NCBI GenBank assembly: GCA_028698185.1
Contig: JAQVDW010000018.1
Span: forward strand, 4,316 to 36,315
DNA length: 32,000 nt
Source: Erysipelotrichaceae bacterium
GTDB lineage: Bacteria; Bacillota_I; Bacilli_A; Erysipelotrichales; Coprobacillaceae
Direction of reading: 5' to 3'
Of the stretch, positions 7,517 to 15,942 are shown in pieces. The number at the start of each line of letters is the position of its first letter. The first letter of the stretch is position 1. Made by a program: the position numbers and the translations under genes. The notes below the pieces were generated by a model. It was not told where the DNA came from and did no database searches. It was given only the letters and a program-made list of their open reading frames with translations.

Positions 7517-8125
7517 ATGAAAGACACAGATAAAGCGTATTTTGAAATAGTTGATTTTTTACAAAATGCAGATTCGAAGTCATTGCTCTTAAAAGGTATC
7601 TCAGATGACGCGAAAGTCCAGTTGATGCTAAAATCCTTGCACGATGAAAAGCTACTAAGGGGTAGCGTTTATCTTATGCACATGAAAAAAGATGGGATTG
7701 AAAAGTTCTTTAGACCATTTAATATTCCTGGAAGGAAAAAAATCGCCCAATCAAAAACGTACGGTGAAGAAATTAGATTTAGTGATATGCAACTAAGATT
7801 CTATAAGCTAAAATCATATACAGATTTTCTGATTAATGAAGGACAAATGGATTCTTTTTCGATAGTTTGGCCGATTCAAAGCGCAGTAGGGAATAGAGAA
7901 GATATTGCTAATCTAAAAAAATATATTGGCAGTGCTGATGTGAAGAAAATAATTCTAATCACTTACAATGTGGTACTTCAAGATACAGAGGAGATTGAAT
8001 CGATTGTTGATAAGGTTATAAAACTAGATAAGGAAAACGATGATCCAAAGGTATATAATAGAAGAATTGAAACCGCAAAATACAATGATATTCGAAAAAC
8101 TGCATTATCGGGCGAAAGATGGTGA
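7517..8125 (+). CDS. Hypothetical protein (202 aa), no family recognised
   Basis: ORF track. AAAGGGA ribosome binding site 7 nt upstream of ATG 7517. AT-rich codon usage like the retron RT. The stop codon lies at the junction with the IS21 fragment. Confidence 0.55.
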   Translation: MKDTDKAYFEIVDFLQNADSKSLLLKGISDDAKVQLMLKSLHDEKLLRGSVYLMHMKKDGIEKFFRPFNIPGRKKIAQSKTYGEEIRFSDMQLRFYKLKSYTDFLINEGQMDSFSIVWPIQSAVGNREDIANLKKYIGSADVKKIILITYNVVLQDTEEIESIVDKVIKLDKENDDPKVYNRRIETAKYNDIRKTALSGERW

Positions 8126-8756
8126 CATGTTTCCGCGTTTATACCACGCAAATGATCAAATACGCTCATAGTCACGCCGTCCCAATCAACCATGACTTTG
8201 TCGCCTGGTTTGTGATGAATGTGCATCGTCAAATTGTTTTTCTTTACATAATCCTGGTACAATTCAAAGTAACGGGTTTGATGATAGAAAGGCAAAGATG
8301 CAGCGCGACATTGTTCCACATACTCACGCCACAATCCCCTAATGTATATTCCTGGTTTGAGTAACTCTTTATGGATGTAATCACAATCAGGCAAAATTTG
8401 GACTGGTAGATACTTTTCATCTGGAAAAAGCAACGAATTAATCTCGACATCATTCATACTTTGAAACTGAACCCATGTCAATCCGGTATTATCAGCAGCC
8501 TTGAAAATCCTGCTGACTGTATTACGGGATAAATGAAGCGATAAAGCAATGGCTCGTTGGCTCTCACCATAAAAACGTTTCTCAAGAATTTTCTTGATTT
8601 CTTGCATGAAAAAACACCTCCTTAGTAGATGCAAGGTAGATTGTTATCTACACTTCAATTCTACTCCTAAAGAGGTGGCTCTGTGAGTGAACATTTTATA
8701 TTTACAAAGTTGCTCTGTATGGTGAACACGGTGGCTCTCAACTAGCGGAATACTCA
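8126..8756 (-). mobile_element. Truncated IS21-family insertion sequence (left end plus the 5' third of istA only)
   Basis: Terminal region with repeated motifs GGTGGCTCT (8674-8682, 8730-8738) and GTGAACA. On the minus strand the outer end begins TGAGTATTCC... (8756 downward). No istB and no second end in the window. Confidence 0.65.
8143..8607 (-). pseudogene. istA: IS21-family transposase IstA, N-terminal fragment (about 155 aa of an expected ~400-500)
   Basis: MQEIKKILEKRFYGESQRAIALSLHLSRNTVSRI (HTH) ... HHKPGDKVMVDWDGVTMSVFD, typical of IstA. Similarity is lost near 8125-8145. AGGAGGTG ribosome binding site. Confidence 0.7.
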
Positions 8757-8840
8757 ATTATAATGGGGGCCTAAATGGGGGCCTTGGAAAAACATATCTA
8801 TGGAATAGTTGCTAAATAGTTAAAATATTTGTAGATAAAA

Positions 8841-8884
8841 CAAAAAAAGGTATTAAACACCTACAAAATAGTTGTTTAATACCT
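8841..8884 (-). terminator. Rho-independent terminator of rpsD
   Basis: Perfect 12-bp inverted repeat AGGTATTAAACA (8848-8859) / TGTTTAATACCT (8873-8884), followed on the minus strand by a U-run (plus-strand A-run 8842-8848). Confidence 0.8.
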
Positions 8885-8899
8885 AAATTTTTATGAGGT

Positions 8900-9505
8900 C
8901 TATCCCATTCTGTTGTAGTACTCAACGATTAATGATTCATTGATTTCTTGATTCAATTCTGATCTTTCAGGCAATCTAGTCAATTTACCTGTCAACTTAG
9001 CTGCATCAACTTCAACGAAAGCTGGTACATGAGTACGTCCTTCGATTGCTGCTTTGATTACTGCCATGTTTAAAGATTTTTCTCTAACTGCGATCACGTC
9101 ACCAACGTTTACTTTCATTGATGGGATGTCAGCTTTGATTCCGTTTAATGTGAAGTGTCCGTGGTTTACTAATTGTCTAGCCGCTCTTCTTGTTGAAGCG
9201 AATCCTAAACGGTAAACTACGTTATCCAAACGGCTTTCTAATAGGCAGAAGAAGTTGTAACCTGTGATTCCGTCCATTTTAGATGCTCTTTTGAATGTGT
9301 TGTGGAATTGTTTTTCGTTAACTCCATACATATGTCTCACTTTTTGCTTTTCAGCTAATTGTGCCCCATATTCAGTTTGTTTTTTTCTTTTTTGTCCGTG
9401 TTGCCCAGGAGCGTAAGGACGTTTGTTTAGTTCTTTACCGTTTTCTAAGGTAGAGAAACCTAAACGACGTGATAATTTCCATTGTGGTCCAGTATAACGT
9501 GCCAT
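8900..9505 (-). CDS. rpsD: 30S ribosomal protein S4
   Basis: [18 protein letters not shown]...[26 protein letters not shown]...[22 protein letters not shown] is collinear with Bacillus S4. ATG 9505 is preceded by GGAGGAAAAA. Confidence 0.95.
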   Translation of the reverse strand: MARYTGPQWKLSRRLGFSTLENGKELNKRPYAPGQHGQKRKKQTEYGAQLAEKQKVRHMYGVNEKQFHNTFKRASKMDGITGYNFFCLLESRLDNVVYRLGFASTRRAARQLVNHGHFTLNGIKADIPSMKVNVGDVIAVREKSLNMAVIKAAIEGRTHVPAFVEVDAAKLTGKLTRLPERSELNQEINESLIVEYYNRMG

Positions 9506-9822
9506 TAATATTTTTCCTCCGTATATTGTTTTAGCAAGTAAAACAATAACCCGCATAGATTATCCAGGTTGTGTCCATATTAAGTATTTCTCCTTGCAGC
9601 AAGATACTCTACAAACGTTGGTTATGAACGCAATTACTGAAACTCCATGTGCTGCTATCATTTATTGCTTTTCAAGCATAACCGAATTGCCGGCCAAAGT
9701 CAAGAGAAAAACGGCGGAAATATCCCGATATTTTTAATGTTTTCCCATATTTGTTTTGGATCTTGGATATAATCGCGGGAATTTGGGAAAATATCGAATT
9801 TTAGCACCGCCGGGTCTTTTTG

Positions 9823-9851
9823 TTTCAAACGGGAGGCTTCTATGCTATAAT
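9823..9851 (+). promoter_or_regulatory. Candidate promoter of the DUF3783-pyrF-pyrE transcription unit
   Basis: TTTCAA (9823-9828), 17 nt, TGcTATAAT (hexamer 9846-9851). Confidence 0.45.
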
Positions 9852-9902
9852 CATTGTAAATATCGTGCAATTATGATATTCTAACTAATCGAGGTGAAAA
9901 AC

Positions 9903-10292
9903 ATGAAAGAATTGATCTTATTGGTAAATTTGGAAGGTACCCAGGATGGTATCGCCATCGGTTCGATCGCCCGCAATCTCGGGGTCGAAGTGAAGCATTT
10001 GAACGACACTGATTTCAACCAGGAAGTGGGATATCTGATCGGTTTGGAATCATACGAATTCGATGATGAAGCGGACGTTTCATCGCTTGAAGACAAGATG
10101 ATGGTACTCCACAACTTCTCGGATGAACAGATCGAATTGTTCCTGGATGTCTGCCGCCAGGCGGAAGTGTCTTACATCCCTTTAAAAGCGGTAACGACGC
10201 CGACAAACGTCCAATGGCGCTTTGTCGAGCTTTATAAAAATGTAAAAGCCGAATTCGAAGAAATGAAGCGGCTGCATGCAGGTCAAAATTAG
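9903..10292 (+). CDS. Small acidic protein, DUF3783-like
   Basis: ATG 9903 lies 6 nt after GAGGTG. The C-terminal block FSDEQIELFLDVCRQAEVSYIPLKAVTTPTNVQWRFVELYKNV resembles the DUF3783 consensus as I recall it. Confidence 0.55.
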   Translation: MKELILLVNLEGTQDGIAIGSIARNLGVEVKHLNDTDFNQEVGYLIGLESYEFDDEADVSSLEDKMMVLHNFSDEQIELFLDVCRQAEVSYIPLKAVTTPTNVQWRFVELYKNVKAEFEEMKRLHAGQN

Positions 10293-10301
10293 GAGGGGCG
10301 C

Positions 10302-11012
10302 ATGAATTCTAAAGTATGTATCGCATTGGATTTTGATTCGACTGCCAAGGTAGTTGAATTTTTGGACTCGTTTCCTGGCGGTGAAAAACTGCTGGTTAAA
10401 ATCGGGATGGAAGTCTTCTATGGTCAGGGGCTGGAAATCATCAAGACGGTCAAAAGCTATGGCCATGATATCTTCCTTGATTTGAAACTCTATGACATTC
10501 CCAACACTGTCAAATCGGCGATGAGCCAGCTGGCCAAACTCGATGTGGATATCGTCAATGTCCATGCCAGTGGATCGATCGCAATGATGAAAGCGGCGAT
10601 TGAAGGGCTCGAAGAAGGTAAAATCAAGGACAAAAGACCGCTGTGCATCGCGGTCACCTGTCTTACTTCGCTCTCGCAGGAAGTGCTGAACAAGGAATTG
10701 CTTATCGACAGGACGATCGATGAAACGGTGCTTCAGTTTGCCAAAAACGCCAAAGAAGCGGGATTGGACGGAGTAGTGTGCTCGCCTTTGGAATCGAAAC
10801 TGATCCATGACAATTTGGGATTGGATTTCTTGACAGTGACGCCAGGAGTCCGTCTTAAAGACGATTCCATCGATGATCAACAGCGCGTGACCACACCAAG
10901 TGACGCCCGGGTGTTGACATCAAGCTACATCGTGGTGGGCCGGCCGATAACCCGTGCCAAGGACCCATATGCCACATATAAAAAAATCGTAAGAGAATTC
11001 GAAGGGGAATAA
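10302..11012 (+). CDS. pyrF: Orotidine 5'-phosphate decarboxylase
   Basis: IALDFDS..., [13 protein letters not shown] (catalytic DxKxxD) and [16 protein letters not shown] ribosome binding site. Confidence 0.93.
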   Translation: MNSKVCIALDFDSTAKVVEFLDSFPGGEKLLVKIGMEVFYGQGLEIIKTVKSYGHDIFLDLKLYDIPNTVKSAMSQLAKLDVDIVNVHASGSIAMMKAAIEGLEEGKIKDKRPLCIAVTCLTSLSQEVLNKELLIDRTIDETVLQFAKNAKEAGLDGVVCSPLESKLIHDNLGLDFLTVTPGVRLKDDSIDDQQRVTTPSDARVLTSSYIVVGRPITRAKDPYATYKKIVREFEGE

Positions 11013-11647
11013 TGATGGAAAAATTAATCGCAACACACTTATTGGATATTCAAGCAGTATTTTTAAAACCGAACGATCCGTTCACTTGGGCCAGCGGAAT
11101 CAAATCGCCGATCTACTGCGACAACCGGCTGACACTGTCGTTTCCGAAAGTCCGCAAGGATATCGAGGCCGGTCTTGCCAAACTGATCAAAGAAAACTAT
11201 CCTGAAGCCGAATGTCTGATGGGTACTGCCACTGCGGGAATTCCGCATGCGGCATTGGTTGCCGACATCCTTGATTTGCCAATGGGCTACGTTCGGGGCG
11301 GGGCAAAAAGCCATGGCCGCAACAACCGCATTGAGGGAGTGGTGAAACCAGGAATGAAAGTTGTCGTGGTTGAGGATTTGATCTCGACCGGGGGATCTTC
11401 ACTTGAATGTGTCGAAGCCCTGAAAGAAGCCGGATGCGAAGTGCTTGGCCTGGTTGCCATCTTCACTTACGGTCTAGCCAAAGCTGAGGCCAACTTTGCC
11501 GCGGCGGAATGCTCATACCATACGCTGACAAATTATGATGCTTTAGTTGAGGTAGCTGTGGCTAAAGATTATATCGCTGAATCCGACAAAGAAAAACTGT
11601 TTGCTTGGAAAAAAGATCCTAGCGACCAGTCATGGATGGACAAATAG
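11012..11647 (+). CDS. pyrE: Orotate phosphoribosyltransferase
   Basis: [16 protein letters not shown] and the PRPP-binding loop [14 protein letters not shown]. The start overlaps the pyrF stop (TAATG). Confidence 0.93.
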   Translation: MMEKLIATHLLDIQAVFLKPNDPFTWASGIKSPIYCDNRLTLSFPKVRKDIEAGLAKLIKENYPEAECLMGTATAGIPHAALVADILDLPMGYVRGGAKSHGRNNRIEGVVKPGMKVVVVEDLISTGGSSLECVEALKEAGCEVLGLVAIFTYGLAKAEANFAAAECSYHTLTNYDALVEVAVAKDYIAESDKEKLFAWKKDPSDQSWMDK

Positions 11648-11654
11648 GCAGTTT

Positions 11655-12512
11655 ATGAACAACGCCAAAATCCGTTTTGACACAGCTACAGTTTTGAAAG
11701 AGGCTTTTCAACCTTTGTTTTTGACTTTTCTGTTCATCCTGCTTATCAATCAGGGAATCAGCACGTTCGCTTCGATGTTTGGTCAAACGCTATCGCAGAT
11801 TCTTACGCTTTTAGCCACTGTGGCGACCTTGCCTTTAGCCCAGGGCCAGGTAAAAGCGGCATTGAAGGCGGTCAACAACCAGATCGATGCCATCGATCCC
11901 AAAGACGATGGGCTGGCGGGATTTAGTCATTACCGCCGCTATTTCTCGACCTATTTTGTGGTCTTCATGATCACTTTGATGAGTGTTTTGATGATTGTCC
12001 TGGTGGGAGTCGTTCTGGTGCTTGCCACCCAGGGTGATGTGCTTTCGGGCCTGGGTGATTATTATCTGACATTCACCGATGTCAACGCCCTGGTTTTGGC
12101 GATGCAAAGTGATGCGGCACTGATGAGTGCGATCTACTCGACACTGGGAATCGTGCTGGCCATCCTTGGGGTCATCGGGCTTGTCTATCTGTTTATCTAC
12201 AGCCATATCGCACTGGCCCCCTTCATCCTTGAAAAGTATGACTATCGGGGACTTAAGGCGGTGACCACCAGCGCCAAATACATGAAGGGCAGGAAATGGG
12301 ACCTGGTCAAACTGATGGTTTCCTTTTTGCCCCATGCCTTGCTGGGGGTGGTGGCGATGAGTGTCATCGACAGCTTCGTTTCCAATATGGTTTTGGCCTC
12401 GCTTCTTTCGAGCATTGTCTTCATCGCTGTCTTGAATGTCCGTTTCAAGGTAGCCCTGGCTTACTTCTTCGAAGAAGCGGACATCGCCTACGAAGGACAG
12501 ACCCATGACTGA
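11655..12512 (+). CDS. Polytopic membrane protein, possibly DUF975-like
   Basis: ATG 11655 (MNNAKIRFDTATVLKEAF...). At least 5 hydrophobic helices. The KYMKGRKWDLVKLMVSFLPHALLGV block is reminiscent of DUF975. The family call is tentative. Confidence 0.55.
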   Translation: MNNAKIRFDTATVLKEAFQPLFLTFLFILLINQGISTFASMFGQTLSQILTLLATVATLPLAQGQVKAALKAVNNQIDAIDPKDDGLAGFSHYRRYFSTYFVVFMITLMSVLMIVLVGVVLVLATQGDVLSGLGDYYLTFTDVNALVLAMQSDAALMSAIYSTLGIVLAILGVIGLVYLFIYSHIALAPFILEKYDYRGLKAVTTSAKYMKGRKWDLVKLMVSFLPHALLGVVAMSVIDSFVSNMVLASLLSSIVFIAVLNVRFKVALAYFFEEADIAYEGQTHD

Positions 12513-13251
12513 CAGGCGGCTGCTTGATGATTCACTGCTAACTGGCAAGCTGACTTGGAATATGGTGGCCTATGGTTATCTTACCGGTGGGGCGATGTAT
12601 TTTTTCTCGGCTCCGCTGATCGGCCAGTATCTCGCGGTCTTGCTGGTGGGCCATTACGGCAGCTACAGTTTGCTTTTGGGCGTGTTGAACCTGCTGTTCC
12701 AGGCGATCATGCTTGTGACCATGGTTGCCATTTTGAAGGATTTCATCATCGAGAGTGTCCGCCACTTTTCAAAAGGGTGGAAAACCGAGCTGCTCTGGGG
12801 ATTTAGTGTCGGCTTTCCGATGATGTTTATCACCAACTCCTTGCTGGGTGGCCTGGTGACCCTGTTCATCTCGAACGAGAGTGCCAATGAGGCGGCGATA
12901 ACCCAGCAGGCCCAGAGCAATTTCGCCTTGATTGCGGTGACCACAATCATTCTGGCACCTGTGGTCGAGGAACTTTTCTTCCGGGGGATTATTTTCCGTT
13001 CTTTTTCGCGGTACAATGTCGTCCTGGGGATGGTTGTCTCGTCGCTGTTTTTTGGCTTCGTCCATATCTACCAGGCCTTGCTGGCGGGCGATGTCTCGCA
13101 GCTTTATTACCTGATCCAATATGGCGGGATGGGCCTGGTGCTTGCCTGGGTGTACGTCATCCGGCGCAATATTCTGAGTGCAATCTTCGTCCATCTGCTC
13201 AACAACGCCATCTCGATGGTCATATTGTGGATATCGTTTGGATTGTTGTGA
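12505..13251 (+). CDS. CPBP-family intramembrane glutamic endopeptidase (CAAX protease/Abi domain)
   Basis: Motifs APVVEELFFRG (EExxxR), FGFVHIY and FVHLLNNA. Overlaps the upstream gene by 8 nt. Confidence 0.85.
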   Translation: MTDRRLLDDSLLTGKLTWNMVAYGYLTGGAMYFFSAPLIGQYLAVLLVGHYGSYSLLLGVLNLLFQAIMLVTMVAILKDFIIESVRHFSKGWKTELLWGFSVGFPMMFITNSLLGGLVTLFISNESANEAAITQQAQSNFALIAVTTIILAPVVEELFFRGIIFRSFSRYNVVLGMVVSSLFFGFVHIYQALLAGDVSQLYYLIQYGGMGLVLAWVYVIRRNILSAIFVHLLNNAISMVILWISFGLL

Positions 13252-13262
13252 TAAATAAACTG

Positions 13263-13293
13263 GGAGTCTAATCCATTAGGCTTCCGTTTTTTT
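13263..13293 (+). terminator. Rho-independent terminator after the CPBP gene
   Basis: GGAGTCTAAT / ATTAGGCTTCC imperfect stem followed by GTTTTTTT. Confidence 0.6.
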
Positions 13294-13361
13294 GTTCTAT
13301 GACTGTAAATAGGTGAATAATTGTGATAGAATGAATGAAATATCGTGCCCGGGGGAATCGT

Positions 13362-14831
13362 ATGCAACTAGAACCAATCAAACAAACATCATATCTGACC
13401 GCTTTGAACGCTCATCTTTATCGCAGGATCATGCGGATTGTCTATCTTGAGTCGACCCACTACAACTACCATCTCGATCTTGAAAAGATAATGGAAAAAC
13501 TGGAAAACGACGAGTTCGAGGGCGCAATCGATGAGCCGGCCGTAAAAAACGCTCTTGACGCCCTGGTGGACTGGGGCAATCTTACCGCCATCCAGGATGC
13601 CAAGCAGGTCAACACGATTGCCGAATTCAAGGCTCGCAAGTTCCGTTATTCGATCAGTGATATCGCCCTGGAGGTCGAACGGATGGTGATGAAAATCGAG
13701 AACCTGACCGTGAAAAGCAACAGCGCCTCGCTAGGCTACCTCAAGCGGCTGTACCAGGAATTCAAAAAGATTCTCACTCTGAGTGACGCAAGTGAAATGC
13801 AGCTTCTGGAGTGGTGGGAGTATGTCGGGAATGATTTTGCGACCTTGAACCTGGTTTATAGCGACTACCTCCGTGATTTTTCCGGTGCCAAGTCGCAAAA
13901 GCTGATGCAGTCACTTGAATTTTTGCAACACAAGGAGTACTTCGTCAGGATGCTCAAGGATTTCGTGACCCAGCTGCAGATTTATGCCATTGAGTTCGAG
14001 AAGATTCTGATAAGTCTTGACCCTAATTACGTCACCAGTCTCCTTGAGCGGATCGTAACCGCCCAGAAGAAGAATCCTTCTTCGCTTGGTGCTCTTGAAT
14101 ACACCGATGAAAAGTACCTGAGGGATGGGGTCTTTGGCCGTTACAGCGAGCTGCAAAGGTGGTTTGTCAAACTGCCGGGAAGCCCGAGCGAAGTTGAACA
14201 GATCATGGATCGCACCAACGTCATTATCCGCCAGATCATCCAGAATGCGGGGCTGATCATCGACTTCCATGAGGGCATAATATCCAAGAAGGATGATTAC
14301 CGCCATTACCTGAAACTTTTTGGCCGGATATCCGATCTTGGTGAGGCCCATAAGCTGGCGGCCCATCTTTTCGGGGTCCATGATATCCGTCATTACCAGA
14401 CCAATGCGCCAAGACTGAGTGAAAGCAGTGCGATTTCGACCTTCGCCGAGGCACCTCAGGTTTTCGAAGTCAAACCGATGACCCGCAAATACCGGATCAA
14501 GCAGGAAAAAATCACCCTGGTGGACCGGTCACTCGAAAAGCAGCTGCAGATCCAGGCGCATCAGGCGATGATTGCCAGCCAGATCAAGATCGCCAACACC
14601 TACATCAAAGCCAAACGGATCGACTTCAAGGATATCGTCGATGAGATATCGCCCGCGACCCGGTTGTTGCTGCTTTCGTGGGTTGCCAGTGCCAACGGCA
14701 CAATCGACAAGGTCGGTACAAGCGAGTTTGGCCGACGCTTCAAACTAATGAAAATGGATGAGACCATCACATTGCGCTGCAGTGACGGCGACTTGCAGAT
14801 GCCCCGGTTCATCCTGGAATTCGAGGATTAA
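13362..14831 (+). CDS. jetA: Wadjet JetA-like subunit (DUF2397/TIGR02677-type, kleisin-like)
   Basis: First gene of a 4-gene operon with TIGR02677/78/80/79 order and sizes (489 aa). The N-terminus SYLTALNAHLYRRIMRIVY fits the family start as I recall it. ATG 13362 follows GGGGGA. Confidence 0.7.
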   Translation: MQLEPIKQTSYLTALNAHLYRRIMRIVYLESTHYNYHLDLEKIMEKLENDEFEGAIDEPAVKNALDALVDWGNLTAIQDAKQVNTIAEFKARKFRYSISDIALEVERMVMKIENLTVKSNSASLGYLKRLYQEFKKILTLSDASEMQLLEWWEYVGNDFATLNLVYSDYLRDFSGAKSQKLMQSLEFLQHKEYFVRMLKDFVTQLQIYAIEFEKILISLDPNYVTSLLERIVTAQKKNPSSLGALEYTDEKYLRDGVFGRYSELQRWFVKLPGSPSEVEQIMDRTNVIIRQIIQNAGLIIDFHEGIISKKDDYRHYLKLFGRISDLGEAHKLAAHLFGVHDIRHYQTNAPRLSESSAISTFAEAPQVFEVKPMTRKYRIKQEKITLVDRSLEKQLQIQAHQAMIASQIKIANTYIKAKRIDFKDIVDEISPATRLLLLSWVASANGTIDKVGTSEFGRRFKLMKMDETITLRCSDGDLQMPRFILEFED

Positions 14832-14832
14832 G

Positions 14833-15942
14833 ATGATACCTAAAGAACTGCTTGAAAACTTCTGGGTCCTTAAAAGCGACGACCCCAAGAAGTTCTATCA
14901 GTTGAAAAGAGAACTGAAACAGTCGCAAAGCTTCATCAACAACCAGATCGGATGGAAAGTCATCGCCAATGACAATCTTCTCAAGATTGAAAAGACACCT
15001 TATCGGGCTTCGGGCTATATGGGAATCACGGATTTCAACGATGTTGACGACTACCTTTTCCTGGTGGCCACCCTGATCTTCCTCGAGGACAAGGGGGTGC
15101 ACGAGCAGTTTTTGCTTTCGCAGTATATTGAAGGGATTGAAGTGATTTTGGGTGACCTGATCGAGCTGGACTGGACGAGCTATTCGCGGCGCCGGACTTT
15201 GATCAGGGTTATGGAATACTGTCTCAACCTGGCCCTGCTTAAGGTCACCGACGGTTCGCTGGAAGGCTTCAAAAGCGGCGGCGAGGGCGAGGTGCTCTAT
15301 GAGAACACGGGACTTTCGAAGTATTACCCGGTCAGCTTCAATTTCGATGTCACCAAGATTGAAGGGGTCGATGATCTGGTTGTGGTGTTGAATGATTCAA
15401 CCGACACCGTGCGCAATAGCGTCTATCAACAGCTGATCACCAGCCCGGGGGTGACCTGGAGCTCGAGTGAGGATGTCTTTGGCAAATATCTCAAGAACCA
15501 GCGGTTCAACATCCAGAAAAACATCGACCGCTTTCTTTCTGGTGAGTTGATGGTATTCAAGAACTCGGCCTACTTGATGGTCTCCAGTGATGATAAATAT
15601 GGGACCCTCCATCCCAGCGGCAAATCGATAAGTTCGCTGGTGCTGTTTGTCCAGAAGCGGATCGTCGAGATGTGCAACAATGGCGAATTGAAGCTCTTGG
15701 TTGAGGATGTGATCGAGATGGGTGCCGGCGATTTTGGCAAGCTTGTTGTGGGCGTATACAATCAGGTTCTGCCGGGATTGTCGAGCGAGTACCGCAATAT
15801 GGACATAAACAATGTGATCAAGGCGGTAGTCGCCTATATGGAGGGCTTCCATCTGATCGAACTAGATGGAGCAAAGATAATAATACAAGGGGCAGTGGCC
15901 CGCCATGAGGGAAGTTACCCTTATGATTTTGTGGAGGAATAG
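14833..15942 (+). CDS. jetB: Wadjet JetB-like subunit (DUF2398/TIGR02678-type)
   Basis: 369 aa. The start lies 1 nt after the jetA stop. Position and size fit the family. No motif can be verified by eye. Confidence 0.65.
   Translation: MIPKELLENFWVLKSDDPKKFYQLKRELKQSQSFINNQIGWKVIANDNLLKIEKTPYRASGYMGITDFNDVDDYLFLVATLIFLEDKGVHEQFLLSQYIEGIEVILGDLIELDWTSYSRRRTLIRVMEYCLNLALLKVTDGSLEGFKSGGEGEVLYENTGLSKYYPVSFNFDVTKIEGVDDLVVVLNDSTDTVRNSVYQQLITSPGVTWSSSEDVFGKYLKNQRFNIQKNIDRFLSGELMVFKNSAYLMVSSDDKYGTLHPSGKSISSLVLFVQKRIVEMCNNGELKLLVEDVIEMGAGDFGKLVVGVYNQVLPGLSSEYRNMDINNVIKAVVAYMEGFHLIELDGAKIIIQGAVARHEGSYPYDFVEE

Noticed and set aside
9506-9556. A 17-codon N-terminal extension of rpsD.
   Set aside because: S4 proteins start MARYTGP. 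ATG 9505 has a GGAGG SD. The extension covers the leader hairpin.
9718-9733. The inverted repeat AAATATC-cc-GATATTT in the rpsD/DUF3783 divergent intergenic region as a possible operator.
   Set aside because: It has only 7 bp arms in AT-rich DNA. It matches no known regulator motif that I recognise and has no second copy with the same arrangement.
4517-9769. The shared 8-mer CTTGGATA (4517-4524 and 9762-9769) as possible att-like direct repeats flanking the AT-rich region.
   Set aside because: It is too short and AT-rich to be significant, no recombinase is present, and the flanks do not extend the match.
10182-12548. Antisense ORFs over pyrF (10182-10880) and the membrane-protein gene (11835-12548).
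   Set aside because: They overlap confidently identified genes, lack ribosome binding sites and have biased composition.
13304-13332. A possible jet operon promoter (TGTAAA, 17 nt, TGaTAGAAT).
   Set aside because: The -35 is poor. It is plausible because of the extended -10, but it is not strong enough to list as a feature.
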